Assembly: GCF_009914755.1 (NCBI RefSeq) | Contig: NC_060940.1 | Strand: one strand, 5' to 3' | DNA from: the human T2T-CHM13v2.0 reference genome, Homo sapiens | DNA length: 64,000 nt | In this document: in pieces, positions 43,501-58,600 of the stretch | Numbering within the stretch: the stretch's first letter is position 1 | Layout: each line of letters starts with the position of its first letter | The notes under the pieces: generated by a model | Seen by the model: the letters and a program-made list of their open reading frames with translations, nothing else | Told to the model about the DNA's origin: nothing | Databases searched by the model: none | Position numbers and translations under genes: made by a program

Positions 43501-46500
43501 TCGATGATACCATTCAATTCCATTCGTTGATGCTTCCATTCAAGTGCATTCGATGATATCATTCGATTCCATTTGATGATAATTCCATTTGATTCCATGC
43601 GATGATTCTATTCGATTCCATTCAATGATAATTCCATTCAATTCAGTGATTCCTCTGGACTCCATTTGATGATGATTCCATTCAATGATTCCATTCGATT
43701 CTATTCGAAAATGATTCCATTTGAATCCATTTGATGATGATTCCATTAGATTCCATTTGATGATTCCATTCGATTCCATTCGACGATGATTCCATTCGAT
43801 TCCGTTTGATGATTCCATTCTATTCTATTCGATGATGATTCCATTCGATTCCATTCGATGATGATTGGATTCGATTCCATTTGATGATTTCATTTGATTC
43901 CATTCGTTAATGATTTCGATCAATTCCATTCGATGATTCCATTCGATAATGATTACATCCGAGTCCATTCGATGATTCCCTTTGAGCCTGTTCGATAATT
44001 CCATTTGAGTCCAACCAATGATTCCATTCATTTCCATTCAATGATTCCATTCGAGTCCATTTGATCATTCCGGTAGGGTCCATTCGATGTTGATTCCATT
44101 GGAGTGCATTCGATGATTCCATTCGAGTCCATTTTAGGATTTGATTCGAGTCCTTTCGATGATTCCATTCGATTCCACTCGATGATGATTTCATTCGAGT
44201 CCATTCGACACTTCCAATCGATTCCATTTGATGATTCCATTCGAGTCCAATTGATGATTCCATTCAATTCCATTCGATGATGATTCCGTACGATTCCATT
44301 CTGTGATGATTCCATGTGATTGCATTCAATGATGATTCCTTTCGATTGCATTCGATTATGATTCATTTCGTGTTCATTCTATGGTTCCACAGGTTTCCAT
44401 TCGTGTCCATTCCATTATTCCATTCTATTCCATTTGATGATGATTCCATTCGATTCCATTCATTGGTGATTCCACTCAATTCCATTCAATGATTCCATTC
44501 CATTTCTTTCAACAATGATTCCATTAGTTTCTAATCGATGATCCACTTGATTCCATTTGACGACGATTCCATTCTTGTCCATTTGATGATTCCATTTGAT
44601 TCCATATGATGATGATTCCATTCGATTCCATACCATGATGATTCCATTCGAGTCCATTCAATGGTGATTCCATTCAATTCCATTCGATGATTCCTTTCGA
44701 TTCCATTCAATGATGATGGCATTCGATTCCTTTTAATCATTCCCTTTGATTCCATTCAAAGGTGATTTCATTCAAGTCCATTCGATAATTGCATTCGATT
44801 CCATTCTATGATGATTCCATTCGAGTCCATTTGATGATTCCATTCAATTCAAGTCAATGATGATTCCATTCAATTCCATTCGATGATTCCATTGGATTCC
44901 ATTCGATGATGATTCCATTCAAATCCATTCGATAATTCAATTCAAGTCCATTCGATGATGATTCCAATCGAATCCATTCAAAGATTCCATTCTGTTCCAT
45001 TCGATGATTCCCTTAGATTCCATTCGATGATTCCACTTGATTGCATTTACGATGATTCCATTCGATTCCATGTGATGATTCCATTCAATTCTATTCAATG
45101 ATGTCTCCATTTGATTCCATTCGACCATGATTGCCTTTGATTCCATTCAATGATTCCATTCGGTTCCGTTTGATGATGATTCCGTTCGATTCCATTTGAT
45201 GATTCCATTTGATTCCATTGGATGAGTCCATTCGATTACATTCGATGATTATTCCATTCGAGTGCATTAGATGATTCCATTCGAGTCCATTCGATGATTC
45301 CATTCGATTCCATTCGATGTTGATTCTGTTCAAATCCATTCGATGATTCCACTCGATTCCATTCGTTGACTCCATTTGATCCCATTCGATGATTTCCTTT
45401 GATTCCCTTTGATGATCATTCCATTTGATTCAATTCGGTGATTTCATTTGATTCCATTCAGTGATGTTTCCATTCGACTCCATTCGATGATGATTCCATT
45501 CGACTCCATTCGATTATGATTTCATTCAATTCCATTCGATAATGATTCCCTTCGAGTCCATTCGGTGATTCCATTCGATTCCATTCAACTATGATTTGAT
45601 TCGTGTCCATTCGATGATTCCATTTGATTCCACTTGATGATGATTCCATTCGAGTCCATTTGATGATTCCATTCAATTCCATACTCCGATGATTTCTTTT
45701 GAGCCCACTCAATGCTTCCACTCGATTCCATATGATGATGACTCCATTCGATGAAATTCGATGATGATTCCATTCGCTTGCTTTCGATGATGATTCCACT
45801 TGAGTCCGTTAGAAGATTCTATTCAATTACATTCCATGACGATTCCGTTCGAGTCCATTTGATGATTCCATTAGACTCCATTCGACGATGATTCCATTCG
45901 ATGTTATTCGATGATTCCATTCGATCTCATTCGATGATGATTCCATTCAACTCCATTCGATGTTTCCATTCGAGTTCATTCTATTATTCCATTAGATTCC
46001 ATTCGATGATGATTCCATTCGATTCCATTTGATGATTGCATTCTATTTCATTTGATGATGATTCCATTCGAGTCCACTCGATGATTCCATTCGAGTCCAT
46101 TTAATGAATCCATTGGTTTCAATTCTATGATGATTACATTGGATTCCATTCGTTGATGATTTCATTCGGTTCCATTCAATGATGATTCCATTCAATTCCT
46201 TTCAATGTTTCCATTCAATTCCATACGATGATGATTCCATTTGATTTGATTCGACAGTGAGCCATTCGATTCAATTCCATGATGATTCTATTTGATTCAA
46301 TTGGTTGACATTTCCATTCGATTCCATTCGATGATGATTCCCTTTGATTCCGTTCAAAGATGATTCCATTCTAGCCCATTCAATCATTCCATTCGATTCT
46401 ATTCAATGATGATTCCATTCATGTCGATTTGGTGATTCCATTTGACTTCATTTGATGATGATTCCTTTCAAGTTCATTAGATGATTCCATTCGATTCCAT

Positions 46501-48460
46501 TTGATGATGATCCCATTCGAGTCCATTCAGTGATTCCATTCGTTTCCATTCCATGATGATTCCATTCCTTTCCATTCAATGATTCCATTCGATTCCGTTT
46601 GATGATGATTTCATTCGAGTCCATTTGATGATTCCATTTGATTCCATTCGATGATGATTCCATTCGAGTCCATTCGATGATTCTATTCGAATCCATTTGA
46701 TGATTTCTTTTGATTATATTTGGTGATGATTCCATTGGAGTCCATTCAATGATTCCATTCTATTCCAATCGATGATGATTCCATTAGAGTCCATTTAATG
46801 ATTCCATTTGATTCCAGTCTCTGATGATTACATTCGAGTCCATACGATGATTCCACTCAATTCCATATGATGATGATTCCATTTGATTCCATTCGGTGAT
46901 TCCATTCTATTCTATTCAATGGTGATTCCATTCGAGTACATTAGATGATTCCATTCGATTCCATTCAATGATGATTCTATTTGTGTCCCTTAGATGATTC
47001 CACATGATTCCATTACATGATGATACTATTTGAGCCCATCCAATGATTCCCTTCGATTCCATTCGATGAGGATTCCATTCGATTCAATTCATTGGTGATT
47101 CTATTCAATTCAATTCTTTGATTCCATTCCATTCCATTCGACAATGATTCCATTCGATTTCTTTCGATGATTCCACTCGATTCCACTTGACATTGATTCC
47201 ATTCGATTCCATTCAATGATTCCATTTGATTCCAGTGGATGATGATTGCCATCGATTCCATTCGATCACTCCATTCTATTCCATTTGATGATGATTACAT
47301 TCGATTCCATTTGATGATTCCATCTGATTCTATTCGAGGATTCCATTTGATTCCATTCGATGATGATTCCATTCGAGTCCATTCGATGATTTCATTCGAG
47401 TACATCCAATGATTCCATTCGAGTCCATTAGATGATTCCATTTGATTCCATTTGAAAATGATTCTACTAGAGTCCATTCAATGACTCCATTCGAGTCCAT
47501 TCAACAATTCCATTCGACTCCATTCGATGATTCCATTCGATTCCATTTGATGGTTCCATTCGAGTCCATTTAATCATTACAGTCGAGTCCATTTGTTGAT
47601 TCCACTGGATTTCTTTTGATAATGATACCATTCAATTACATTTGATGATGATCCCATTCAATTTCATTTGATGATGATTCCATTAGAGTCCATTCGATGA
47701 TTTCATTCGAGTCCCTTCATTGATTCCATCCGATTTCATTGGATGATGACTCCATTCGAGTCCATTCGATGATTCCACTCGATTCCATTAGATGACTCCA
47801 TTGGAGTCCATTTGATTGTTCCATTCGATTCCATTCGATTCCTTTCGAAGATTATTCCATTTGAGTCCATTCGATGATGATTCCATTCCATTCCATTCGA
47901 TGATTCCGTTTGATTCCATTCGATGATTCCCTTCGATTCCTTTCTTTGATGATTCCATTCCATTCCATTCAATGATTCCATTCGAATCTATTCCATGATG
48001 ATTCCTTTCGATTCCATTCGCTGATGTTTCCGTTCAATTCCATTCGATGATGATTCCATTCGATTCCATTCATTGAGGATTCCATTTGATTCCATTCAAT
48101 GATGATTCCATTCTATTCCATTCAATGATTGCATTCAATTCCATTCAATGATTATCCCATTAGAGTAAACTCAACGATTCCATTCAATACCATTCAATGA
48201 TGATTCCTTTTGAGTCCATTCAATGATTTCATTCAAGTCCATTTGATGATTCCTTTCAATTCCATTCTATGATGATTCCATTCGAGTCCATTCGATGATT
48301 CCATTAGAGTACATTTAATGATTGCTTTGTTTTCAATTCGAAGATGATTGCATTGGATTCCATTCTATGATACCATTCGATTCCATTCAATGATGATTCC
48401 ACTCAAATCCATTGGATGATTCCATTCGTGTCCATTCGGTGATTTCATTAGATTCCATTC
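36400..48460 (+). repeat. Tandem duplication, 2 x 6030 bp (6112 minus 10 and 72 bp)
   Basis: Constant 6030 offset with identical translations (37510/43540, 39428/45458, 41706/47736). 10-bp deletion at ~37895/43925 and 72-bp deletion at ~42270/48300. Endpoints are approximate (about 100 bp either way). Confidence 0.92.
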
Positions 48461-49569
48461 GAGGATGATTCCATTCGATTCCATTCGATGATTCCATTCA
48501 ATTCCATTCGATGATGATTCCATTCCAGTCCATATGATCATTCCATTTGATTTCATTCGATGATGATTCCATTCGATTCCATTCGACGATTCCATTCTAT
48601 TCCATTCGATGATGATTCCATTCGAGTCCATTCGATCAATCCATTCGAGTCCATTTAATGATTCCATTGGGTTCAATTCAATGATGATTACATTGGATTC
48701 CGTTCTATGATTCCATTCAATTCCGTTCATTGACAATTTGATTCCATTCGATGATGATTCCATTTGAGTTCATTCGATGATTCTATTCGATTCTCTTCGA
48801 TGGTGATTCAATTCTATTATATTGGATGATTCCATTCGATTCCATTTGATGTTGATTCAATTCGATTCTATTCGATGATGATTCCATTGGATTTCACTTG
48901 ATGATTCTATTCGATTCCATTCAATGATGATTCACTTCTCGTCCATTGGATGATTCCATTTCATTCCATTCGATGATGATCCCATTCGATTCCATTCGAT
49001 GATTCCATTTGATTCCATGCGACGGTGAGCAATTCGATTCAATTCCATGATGATTCTATTTGATTCAATTAGATGATGTTTCCATTCGAATCCATTCCAT
49101 GATTATTCCATTGGAATCCATTCGGCGATGATTCCATATGAGTCAATTCAATGATGATTCCATATGGGTCCGTTCGATGATAATTCCATTTGATTTCATT
49201 CGATGCTTCTATTCTATTCCAGTCGATGATGATTCCGTTGGAGTCCATACGATGATTCCATTTGATTTCATTTGATGATGATTCCATTCGATGATGATTA
49301 CATTGGATTCCATTCTATGATTCCATTCAATTCCATTCGTTGATGATTCGATTCCCTTCAATGATGATTCCACTTGAGTTCATTCGATGATTCTATTCGA
49401 TTCCGTTCGATGGTGATTCAATTCTCTTATATTGGATGATTCCACTCGATTCCATTTGATGATTATTCCATTGGAGTCCACTTAGTGAAGCCTTTAGATT
49501 CTACTCGAAGATGATTCCATTCGAGTCCATTCGATGATACCATTCAATTCCATTCGTTGATGCTTCCAT

Positions 49570-52500
49570 TCAAGTGCATTCGATGATATCATTCGATTCC
49601 ATTTGATGATAATTCCATTTGATTCCATGCGATGATTCTATTCGATTCCATTCAATGATAATTCCATTCAATTCAGTGATTCCTCTGGACTCCATTTGAT
49701 GATGATTCCATTCAATGATTCCATTCGATTCTATTCGAAAATGATTCCATTTGAATCCATTTGATGATGATTCCATTAGATTCCATTTGATGATTCCATT
49801 CGATTCCATTCGACGATGATTCCATTCGATTCCGTTTGATGATTCCATTCTATTCTATTCGATGATGATTCCATTCGATTCCATTCGATGATGATTGGAT
49901 TCGATTCCATTTGATGATTTCATTTGATTCCATTCGTTAATGATTTCGATCAATTCCATTCGATGATTCCATTCGATTCCATTCGATAATGATTACATCC
50001 GAGTCCATTCGATGATTCCATTTGAGCCTGTTCGATAATTCCATTTGAGTCCAACCAATGATTCCATTCATTTCCATTCAATGATTCCATTCGAGTCCAT
50101 TTGATCATTCCGGTTGGGTCCATTCGATGTTGATTCCATTGGAGTGCATTCGATGATTCCATTCGAGTCCATTTTAGGATTTGATTCGAGTCCTTTCGAT
50201 GATTCCATTCGATTCCACTCGATGATGATTTCATTCGAGTCCATTCGACACTTCCAATCGATTCCATTTGATGATTCCATTCGAGTCCAATTGATGATTC
50301 CATTCAATTCCATTCGATGATGATTCCGTACGATTCCATTCTGTGATGATTCCTTGTGATTGCATTCAATGATGATTCCTTTCGATTGCATTCGATTATG
50401 ATTCATTTCGTGTTCATTCTATGGTTCCACAGGTTTCCATTCGTGTCCATTCCATTATTCCATTCTATTCCATTTGATGATGATTCCATTCGATTCCATT
50501 CATTGGTGATTCCACTCAATTCCATTCAATGATTCCATTCCATTTCTTTCAACAATGATTCCATTAGTTTCTAATCGATGATCCACTTGATTCCATTTGA
50601 CGACGATTCCATTCTTGTCCATTCGATGATTCCATTTGATTCCATATGATGATGATTCCATTCGATTCCATACCATGATGATTCCATTCGAGTCCATTCA
50701 ATGGTGATTCCATTCAATTCCATTCGATGATTCCTTTTGATTCCATTCGATGATGATGGCATTCGATTCCTTTCAATCATTCCCTTTGATTCCATTCAAA
50801 GGTGATTTCATTCAAGTCCATTCGATAATTGCATTCGATTCCATTCTATGATGATTCCATTCGAGTCCATTTGATGATTCCATTCAATTCAAGTCAATGA
50901 TGATTCCATTCGATTCCATTCGATGATTCCATTGGATTCCATTCGATGATGATTCCATTCAAATCCATTCGATAATTCAATTCAAGTCCATTCGATGATG
51001 ATTCCAATCGAATCCATTCAAAGATTCCATTCAGTTCCATTCGATGATTCCCTTAGATTCCATTCGATGATTCCACTTGATTGCATTTACGATGATTCCA
51101 TTCGATTCCATGTGATGATTCCATTCAATTCTATTCAATGATGTCTCCATTTGATTCCATTCGACCATGATTGCCTTTGATTCCATTCAATGATTCCATT
51201 CGGTTCCGTTTGATGATGATTCCGTTCGATTCCATTTGATGATTCCATTTGATTCCATTGGATGAGTCCATTCGATTACATTCGATGATTATTCCATTCG
51301 AGTGCATTAGATGATTCCATTCGAGTCCATTCGATGATTCCATTCGATTCCATTCGATGTTGATTCTGTTCAAATCCATTCGATGATTCCACTCGATTCC
51401 ATTCGTTGACTCCATTTGATCCCATTCGATGATTTCCTTTGATTCCCTTTGATGATCATTCCATTTGATTCAATTCGGTGATTTCATTTGATTCCATTCA
51501 GTGATGTTTCCATTCGACTCCATTCGATGATGATTCCATTCGACTCCATTCGATTATGATTTCATTCAATTCCATTCGATAATGATTCCCTTCGAGTCCA
51601 TTCGATGATTCCATTCGATTCCATTCAACGATGATTTGATTCGTGTCCATTCGATGATTCCATTTGATTCCACTTGATGATGATTCCATTCGAGTCCATT
51701 TGATGATTCCATTCAATTCCATACTCCGATGATTTCTTTTGAGCCCACTCAATGCTTCCACTCGATTCCATATGATGATGACTCCATTCGATGAAATTCG
51801 ATGATGATTCCATTCGCTTGCTTTCGATGATGATTCCACTTGAGTCCGTTAGAAGATTCTATTCAATTACATTCCATGACGATTCCGTTCGAGTCCATTT
51901 GATGATTCCATTAGACTCCATTCGACGATGATTCCATTCGATGTTATTCGATGATTCCATTCGATCTCATTCGATGATGATTCCATTCAACTCCATTCGA
52001 TGTTTCCATTCGAGTTCATTCTATTATTCCATTAGATTCAATTCGATGATGATTCCATTCGATTCCATTTGATGATTGCATTCTATTTCATTTGATGATG
52101 ATTCCATTCGAGTCCACTCGATGATTCCATTCGAGTCCATTTAATGAATCCATTGGTTTCAATTCTATGATGATTACATTGGATTCCATTCGTTGATGAT
52201 TTCATTCGGTTCCATTCAATGATGATTCCATTCAATTCCTTTCAATGTTTCCATTCAATTCCATACGATGATGATTCCATTTGATTTGATTCGACAGTGA
52301 GCCATTCGATTCAATTCCATGATGATTCTATTTGATTCAATTGGTTGACATTTCCATTCGATTCCATTCGATGATGATTCCCTTTGATTCCGTTCAACGA
52401 TGATTCCATTCTAGCCCATTCAATCATTCCATTCGATTCTATTCAATGATGATTCCATTCATGTCGATTTGGTGATTCCATTTGACTTCATTTGATGATG

Positions 52501-55500
52501 ATTCCTTTCAAGTTCATTAGATGATTCCATTCGATTCCATTTGATGATGATCCCATTCGAGTCCATTCAGTGATTCCATTCGTTTCCATTCCATGATGAT
52601 TCCATTCCTTTCCATTCAATGATTCCATTCGATTCCGTTTGATGATGATTTCATTCGAGTCCATTTGATGATTCCATTTGATTCCATTCGATGATGATTC
52701 CATTCGAGTCCATTCGATGATTCTATTCGAATCCATTTGATGATTTCTTTTGATTATATTTGGTGATGATTCCATTGGAGTCCATTCAATGATTCCATTC
52801 TATTCCAATCGATGATGATTCCATTAGAGTCCATTTAATGATTCCATTTGATTCCAGTCTCTGATGATTACATTCGAGTCCATACGATGATTCCACTCAA
52901 TTCCATATGATGATGATTCCATTTGATTCCATTCGGTGATTCCATTCTATTCTATTCAATGGTGATTCCATTCGAGTACATTAGATGATTCCATTCGTTT
53001 CCATTCAATGATGATTCTATTTGTGTCCCTTAGATGATTCCACATGATTCCATTAGATGATGATACTATTTGAGCCCATCCAATGATTCCCTTCGATTCC
53101 ATTCGATGAGGATTCCATTCGATTCAATTCATTGGTGATTCTATTCAATTCAATTCTTTGATTCCATTCCATTCCATTCGACAATGATTCCATTCGATTT
53201 CTTTCGATGATTCCACTCGATTCCACTTGACATTGATTCCATTCGATTCCATTCGTTGATTCCATTTGATTCCAGTGGGTGATGATTGCCATCGATTCCA
53301 TTCGATCACTCCATTCTATTCCATTTGATGATGATTACATTCGATTCCATTTGATGATTCCATCTGATTCTATTCGAGGATTCCATTTGATTCCATTCGA
53401 TGATGATTCCATTCGAGTCCATTCGATGATTTCATTCGAGTACATCCAATGATTCCATTCGAGTCCATTAGATGATTCCATTTGATTCCATTTGAAAATG
53501 ATTCTACTAGAGTCCATTCAATGACTCCATTCGAGTCCATTCAACAATTCCATTCGACTCCATTCGATGATTCCATTCGATTCCATTTGATGGTTCCATT
53601 CGAGTCCATTTAATCATTACAGTCGAGTCCATTTGGTGATTCCACTGGATTTCTTTTGATAATGATACCATTCAATTGCATTTGATGATGATCCCATTCA
53701 ATTTCATTTGATGATGATTCCATTAGAGTCCATTCGATGATTTCATTCGAGTCCCTTCATTGATTCCATCCGATTTCATTGGATGATGACTCCATTCGAG
53801 TCCATTCGATGTTTCCACTCGATTCCATTAGATGACTCCATTGGAGTCCATTTGATTGTTCCATTCGATTCCATTCGATTCCTTTCAAAGATTATTCCAT
53901 TTGAGTCCATTCGATGATGATTCCATTCCATTCCATTCGATGATTCCGTTTGATTCCATTCGATGATTCCCTTCGATTCCTTTCTTTGATGATTCCATTC
54001 CATTCCATTCAATGATTCCATTCGAATCTATTCCATGATGATTCCTTTCGATTCCATTCGCTGATGTTTCCGTTCAATTCCATTCGATGATGATTCCATT
54101 CGATTCCATTCATTGAGGATTCCATTTGATTCCATTCAATGATGATTCCATTCTATTCCATTCAATGATTGCATTCAATTCCATTCAATGATTATCCCAT
54201 TAGAGTAAACTCAACGATTCCATTCAATACCATTCGATGATGATTCCTTTTGAGTCCATTCAATGATTTCATTCAAGTCCATTTGATGATTCCTTTCAAT
54301 TCCATTCTATGATGATTCCATTCGAGTCCATTCGATGATTCCATTCGATTGCATTCGATGATTCCATTATATTCCATTCAACGGTGATTCCATTCGAGTC
54401 CATTCCATGATTCCATTAGAGTACATTTAATGATTGCTTTGTTTTCAATTCGAAGATGATTACATTGGATTCCATTCTATGATACCATTCGATTCCATTC
54501 AATGATGATTCCACTCAAATCCATTGGATGATTCCATTCGTGTCCATTCGGTGATTTCATTAGATTCCATTCGAGGATGATTCCATTCGATTCCATTCGA
54601 TGATTCCATTCAATTCCATTCGATGATGATTCCATTCCAGTCCATATGATCATTCCATTTGATTTCATTCGATGATGATTCCATTCGATTCGATTCGACG
54701 ATTCCATTCTATTCCATTCGATGATGATTCCATTCGAGTCCATTCGATCATTCCATTCGAGTCCATTTAATGATTCCATTGGGTTCAATTCAATGATGAT
54801 TACATTGGATTCCGTTCTATGATTCCATTCAATTCCGTTCATTGACAATTTGATTCCATTCGATGATGATTCCATTTGAGTTCATTCGATGATTCTATTC
54901 GATTCTCTTCGATGGTGATTCAATTCTATTATATTGGATGATTCCATTCGATTCCATTTGATGTTGATTCAATTCGATTCTATTCGATGATGATTCCATT
55001 GGATTTCACTTGATGATTCTATTCGATTCCATTCAATGATGATTCACTTCTCGTCCATTGGATGATTCCATTTCATTCCATTCGATGATGATTCCATTCG
55101 ATTCCATTCGATGATTCCATTTGATTCCATGCGACGGTGAGCAATTCGATTCAATTCCATGATGATTCTATTTGATTCAATTAGATGATGTTTCCATTCG
55201 AATCCATTCCATGATTATTCCATTGGAATCCATTCGGCGATGATTCCATATGAGTCAATTCAATGATGATTCCATATGGGTCCGTTCGATGATAATTCCA
55301 TTTGATTTCATTCGATGCTTCTATTCTATTCCAGTCGATGATGATTCCGTTGGAGTCCATACGATGATTCCATTTGATTTCATTTGATGATGATTCCATT
55401 CGATGATGATTACATTGGATTCCATTCTATGATTCCATTCAATTCCATTCGTTGATGATTCGATTCCCTTCAATGATGATTCCACTTGAGTTCATTCGAT

Positions 55501-55681
55501 GATTCTATTCGATTCCGTTCGATGGAGATTCAATTCTCTTATATTGGATGATTCCACTCGATTCCATTTGATGATTATTCCATTGGAGTCCACTTAGTGA
55601 ATCCTTTAGATTCTACTCGAAGATGATTCCATTCGAGTCCATTCGATGATACCATTCAATTCCATTCGTTGATGCTTCCAT
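49570..55681 (+). repeat. Standard 6112-bp higher-order unit
   Basis: Landmark spacing 49570->55682. Confidence 0.93.
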
Positions 55682-58600
55682 TCAAGTGCATTCGATGATA
55701 TCATTCGATTCCATTTGATGATAATTCCATTTGATTCCATGCGATGATTCTATTCGATTCCATTCAATGATAATTCCATTCAATTCAGTGATTCCTCTGG
55801 ACTCCATTTGATGATGATTCCATTCAATGATTCCATTCGATTCTATTCGAAAATGATTCCATTTGAATCCATTTGATGATGATTCCATTAGATTCCATTT
55901 GATGATTCCATTCGATTCCATTCGACGATGATTCCATTCGATTCCGTTTGATGATTCCATTCTATTCTATTCGATGATGATTCCATTCGATTCCATTCGA
56001 TGATGATTGGATTCGATTCCATTGGATGATTTCATTTGATTCCATTCGTTAATGATTTCGATCAATTCCATTCGATGATTCCATTCGATTCCATTCGATA
56101 ATGATTACATCCGAGTCCATTCGATGATTCCATTTGAGCCTGTTCGATAATTCCATTTGAGTCCAACCAATGATTCCATTCATTTCCATTCAATGATTCC
56201 ATTCGAGTCCATTTGATCATTCCGGTTGGGTCCATTCGATGTTGATTCCATTGGAGTGCATTCGATGATTCCATTCGAGTCCATTTTAGGATTTGATTCG
56301 AGTCCTTTCGATGATTCCATTCGATTCCACTCGATGATGATTTCATTCGAGTCCATTCGACACTTCCAATCGATTCCATTTGATGATTCCATTCGAGTCC
56401 AATTGATGATTCCATTCAATTCCATTCGATGATGATTCCGTACGATTCCATTCTGTGATGATTCCTTGTGATTGCATTCAATGATGATTCCTTTCGATTG
56501 CATTCAATTATGATTCATTTCGTGTTCATTCTATGGTTCCACAGGTTTCCATTCGTGTCCATTCCATTATTCCATTCTATTCCATTTGATGATGATTCCA
56601 TTCGATTCCATTCATTGGTGATTCCACTCAATTCCATTCAATGATTCCATTCCATTTCTTTCAACAATGATTCCATTAGTTTCTAATCGATGATCCACTT
56701 GATTCCATTTGACGACGATTCCATTCTTGTCCATTCGATGATTCCATTTGATTCCATATGATGATGATTCCATTCGATTCCATACCATGATGATTCCATT
56801 CGAGTCCATTCAATGGTGATTCCATTCAATTCCATTCGATGATTCCTTTTGATTCCATTCGATGATGATGGCATTCGATTCCTTTCAATCATTCCCTTTG
56901 ATTCCATTCAAAGGTGATTTCATTCAAGTCCATTCGATAATTGCATTCGATTCCATTCTATGATGATTCCATTCGAGTCCATTTGATGATTCCATTCAAT
57001 TCAAGTCAATGATGATTCCATTCGATTCCATTCGATGATTCCATTGGATTCCATTCGATGATGATTCCATTCAAATCCATTCGATAATTCAATTCAAGTC
57101 CATTCGATGATGATTCCAATCGAATCCATTCAAAGATTCCATTCTGTTCCATTCGATGATTCCCTTAGATTCCATTCGATGATTCCACTTGATTGCATTT
57201 ACGATGATTCCATTCGATTCCATGTGATGATTCCATTCAATTCTATTCAATGATGTCTCCATTTGATTCCATTCGACCATGATTGCCTTTGATTCCATTC
57301 AATGATTCCATTCGGTTCCGTTTGATGATGATTCCGTTCGATTCCATTTGATGATTCCATTTGATTCCATTGGATGAGTCCATTCGATTACATTCGATGA
57401 TTATTCCATTCGAGTGCATTAGATGATTCCATTCGAGTCCATTCGATGATTCCATTCGATTCCATTCGATGTTGATTCTGTTCAAATCCATTCGATGATT
57501 CCACTCGATTCCATTCGTTGACTCCATTTGATCCCATTTGATGATTTCCTTTGATTCCCTTTGATGATCATTCCATTTGATTCAATTCGGTGATTTCATT
57601 TGATTCCATTCAGTGATGTTTCCATTCGACTCCATTCGATGATGATTCCATTCGACTCCATTCGATTATGATTTCATTCAATTCCATTCGATAATGATTC
57701 CCTTCGAGTCCATTCGATGATTCCATTCGATTCCATTCAACGATGATTTGATTCGTGTCCATTCGATGATTCCATTTGATTCCACTTGATGATGATTCCA
57801 TTCGAGTCCATTTGATGATTCCATTCAATTCCATACTCCGATGATTTCTTTTGAGCCCACTCAATGCTTCCACTCGATTCCATATGATGATGACTCCATT
57901 CGATGAAATTCGATGATGATTCCATTCGCTTGCTTTCGATGATGATTCCACTTGAGTCCGTTAGAAGATTCTATTCAATTACATTCCATGACGATTCCGT
58001 TCGAGTCCATTTGATGATTCCATTAGACTCCATTCGACGATGATTCCATTCGATGTTATTCGATGATTCCATTCGATCTCATTCGATGATGATTCCATTC
58101 AACTCCATTCGATGTTTCCATTCGAGTTCATTCTATTATTCCATTAGATTCAATTCGATGATGATTCCATTCGATTCCATTTGATGATTGCATTCTATTT
58201 CATTTGATGATGATTCCATTCGAGTCCACTCGATGATTCCATTCGAGTCCATTTAATGAATCCATTGGTTTCAATTCTATGATGATTACATTGGATTCCA
58301 TTCGTTGATGATTTCATTCGGTTCCATTCAATGATGATTCCATTCAATTCCTTTCAATGTTTCCATTCAATTCCATACGATGATGATTCCATTTGATTTG
58401 ATTCGACAGTGAGCCATTCGATTCAATTCCATGATGATTCTATTTGATTCAATTGGTTGACATTTCCATTCGATTCCATTCGATGATGATTCCCTTTGAT
58501 TCCGTTCAACGATGATTCCATTCTAGCCCATTCAATCATTCCATTCGATTCTATTCAATGATGATTCCATTCATGTCGATTTGGTGATTCCATTTGACTT

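Noticed and set aside
24742-56432. Three plus-strand ORFs (24742, 50114, 56226)
   Set aside because: Chance openings from point variants in single units; 50114 and 56226 depend on a TAG->TTG change read as a start.
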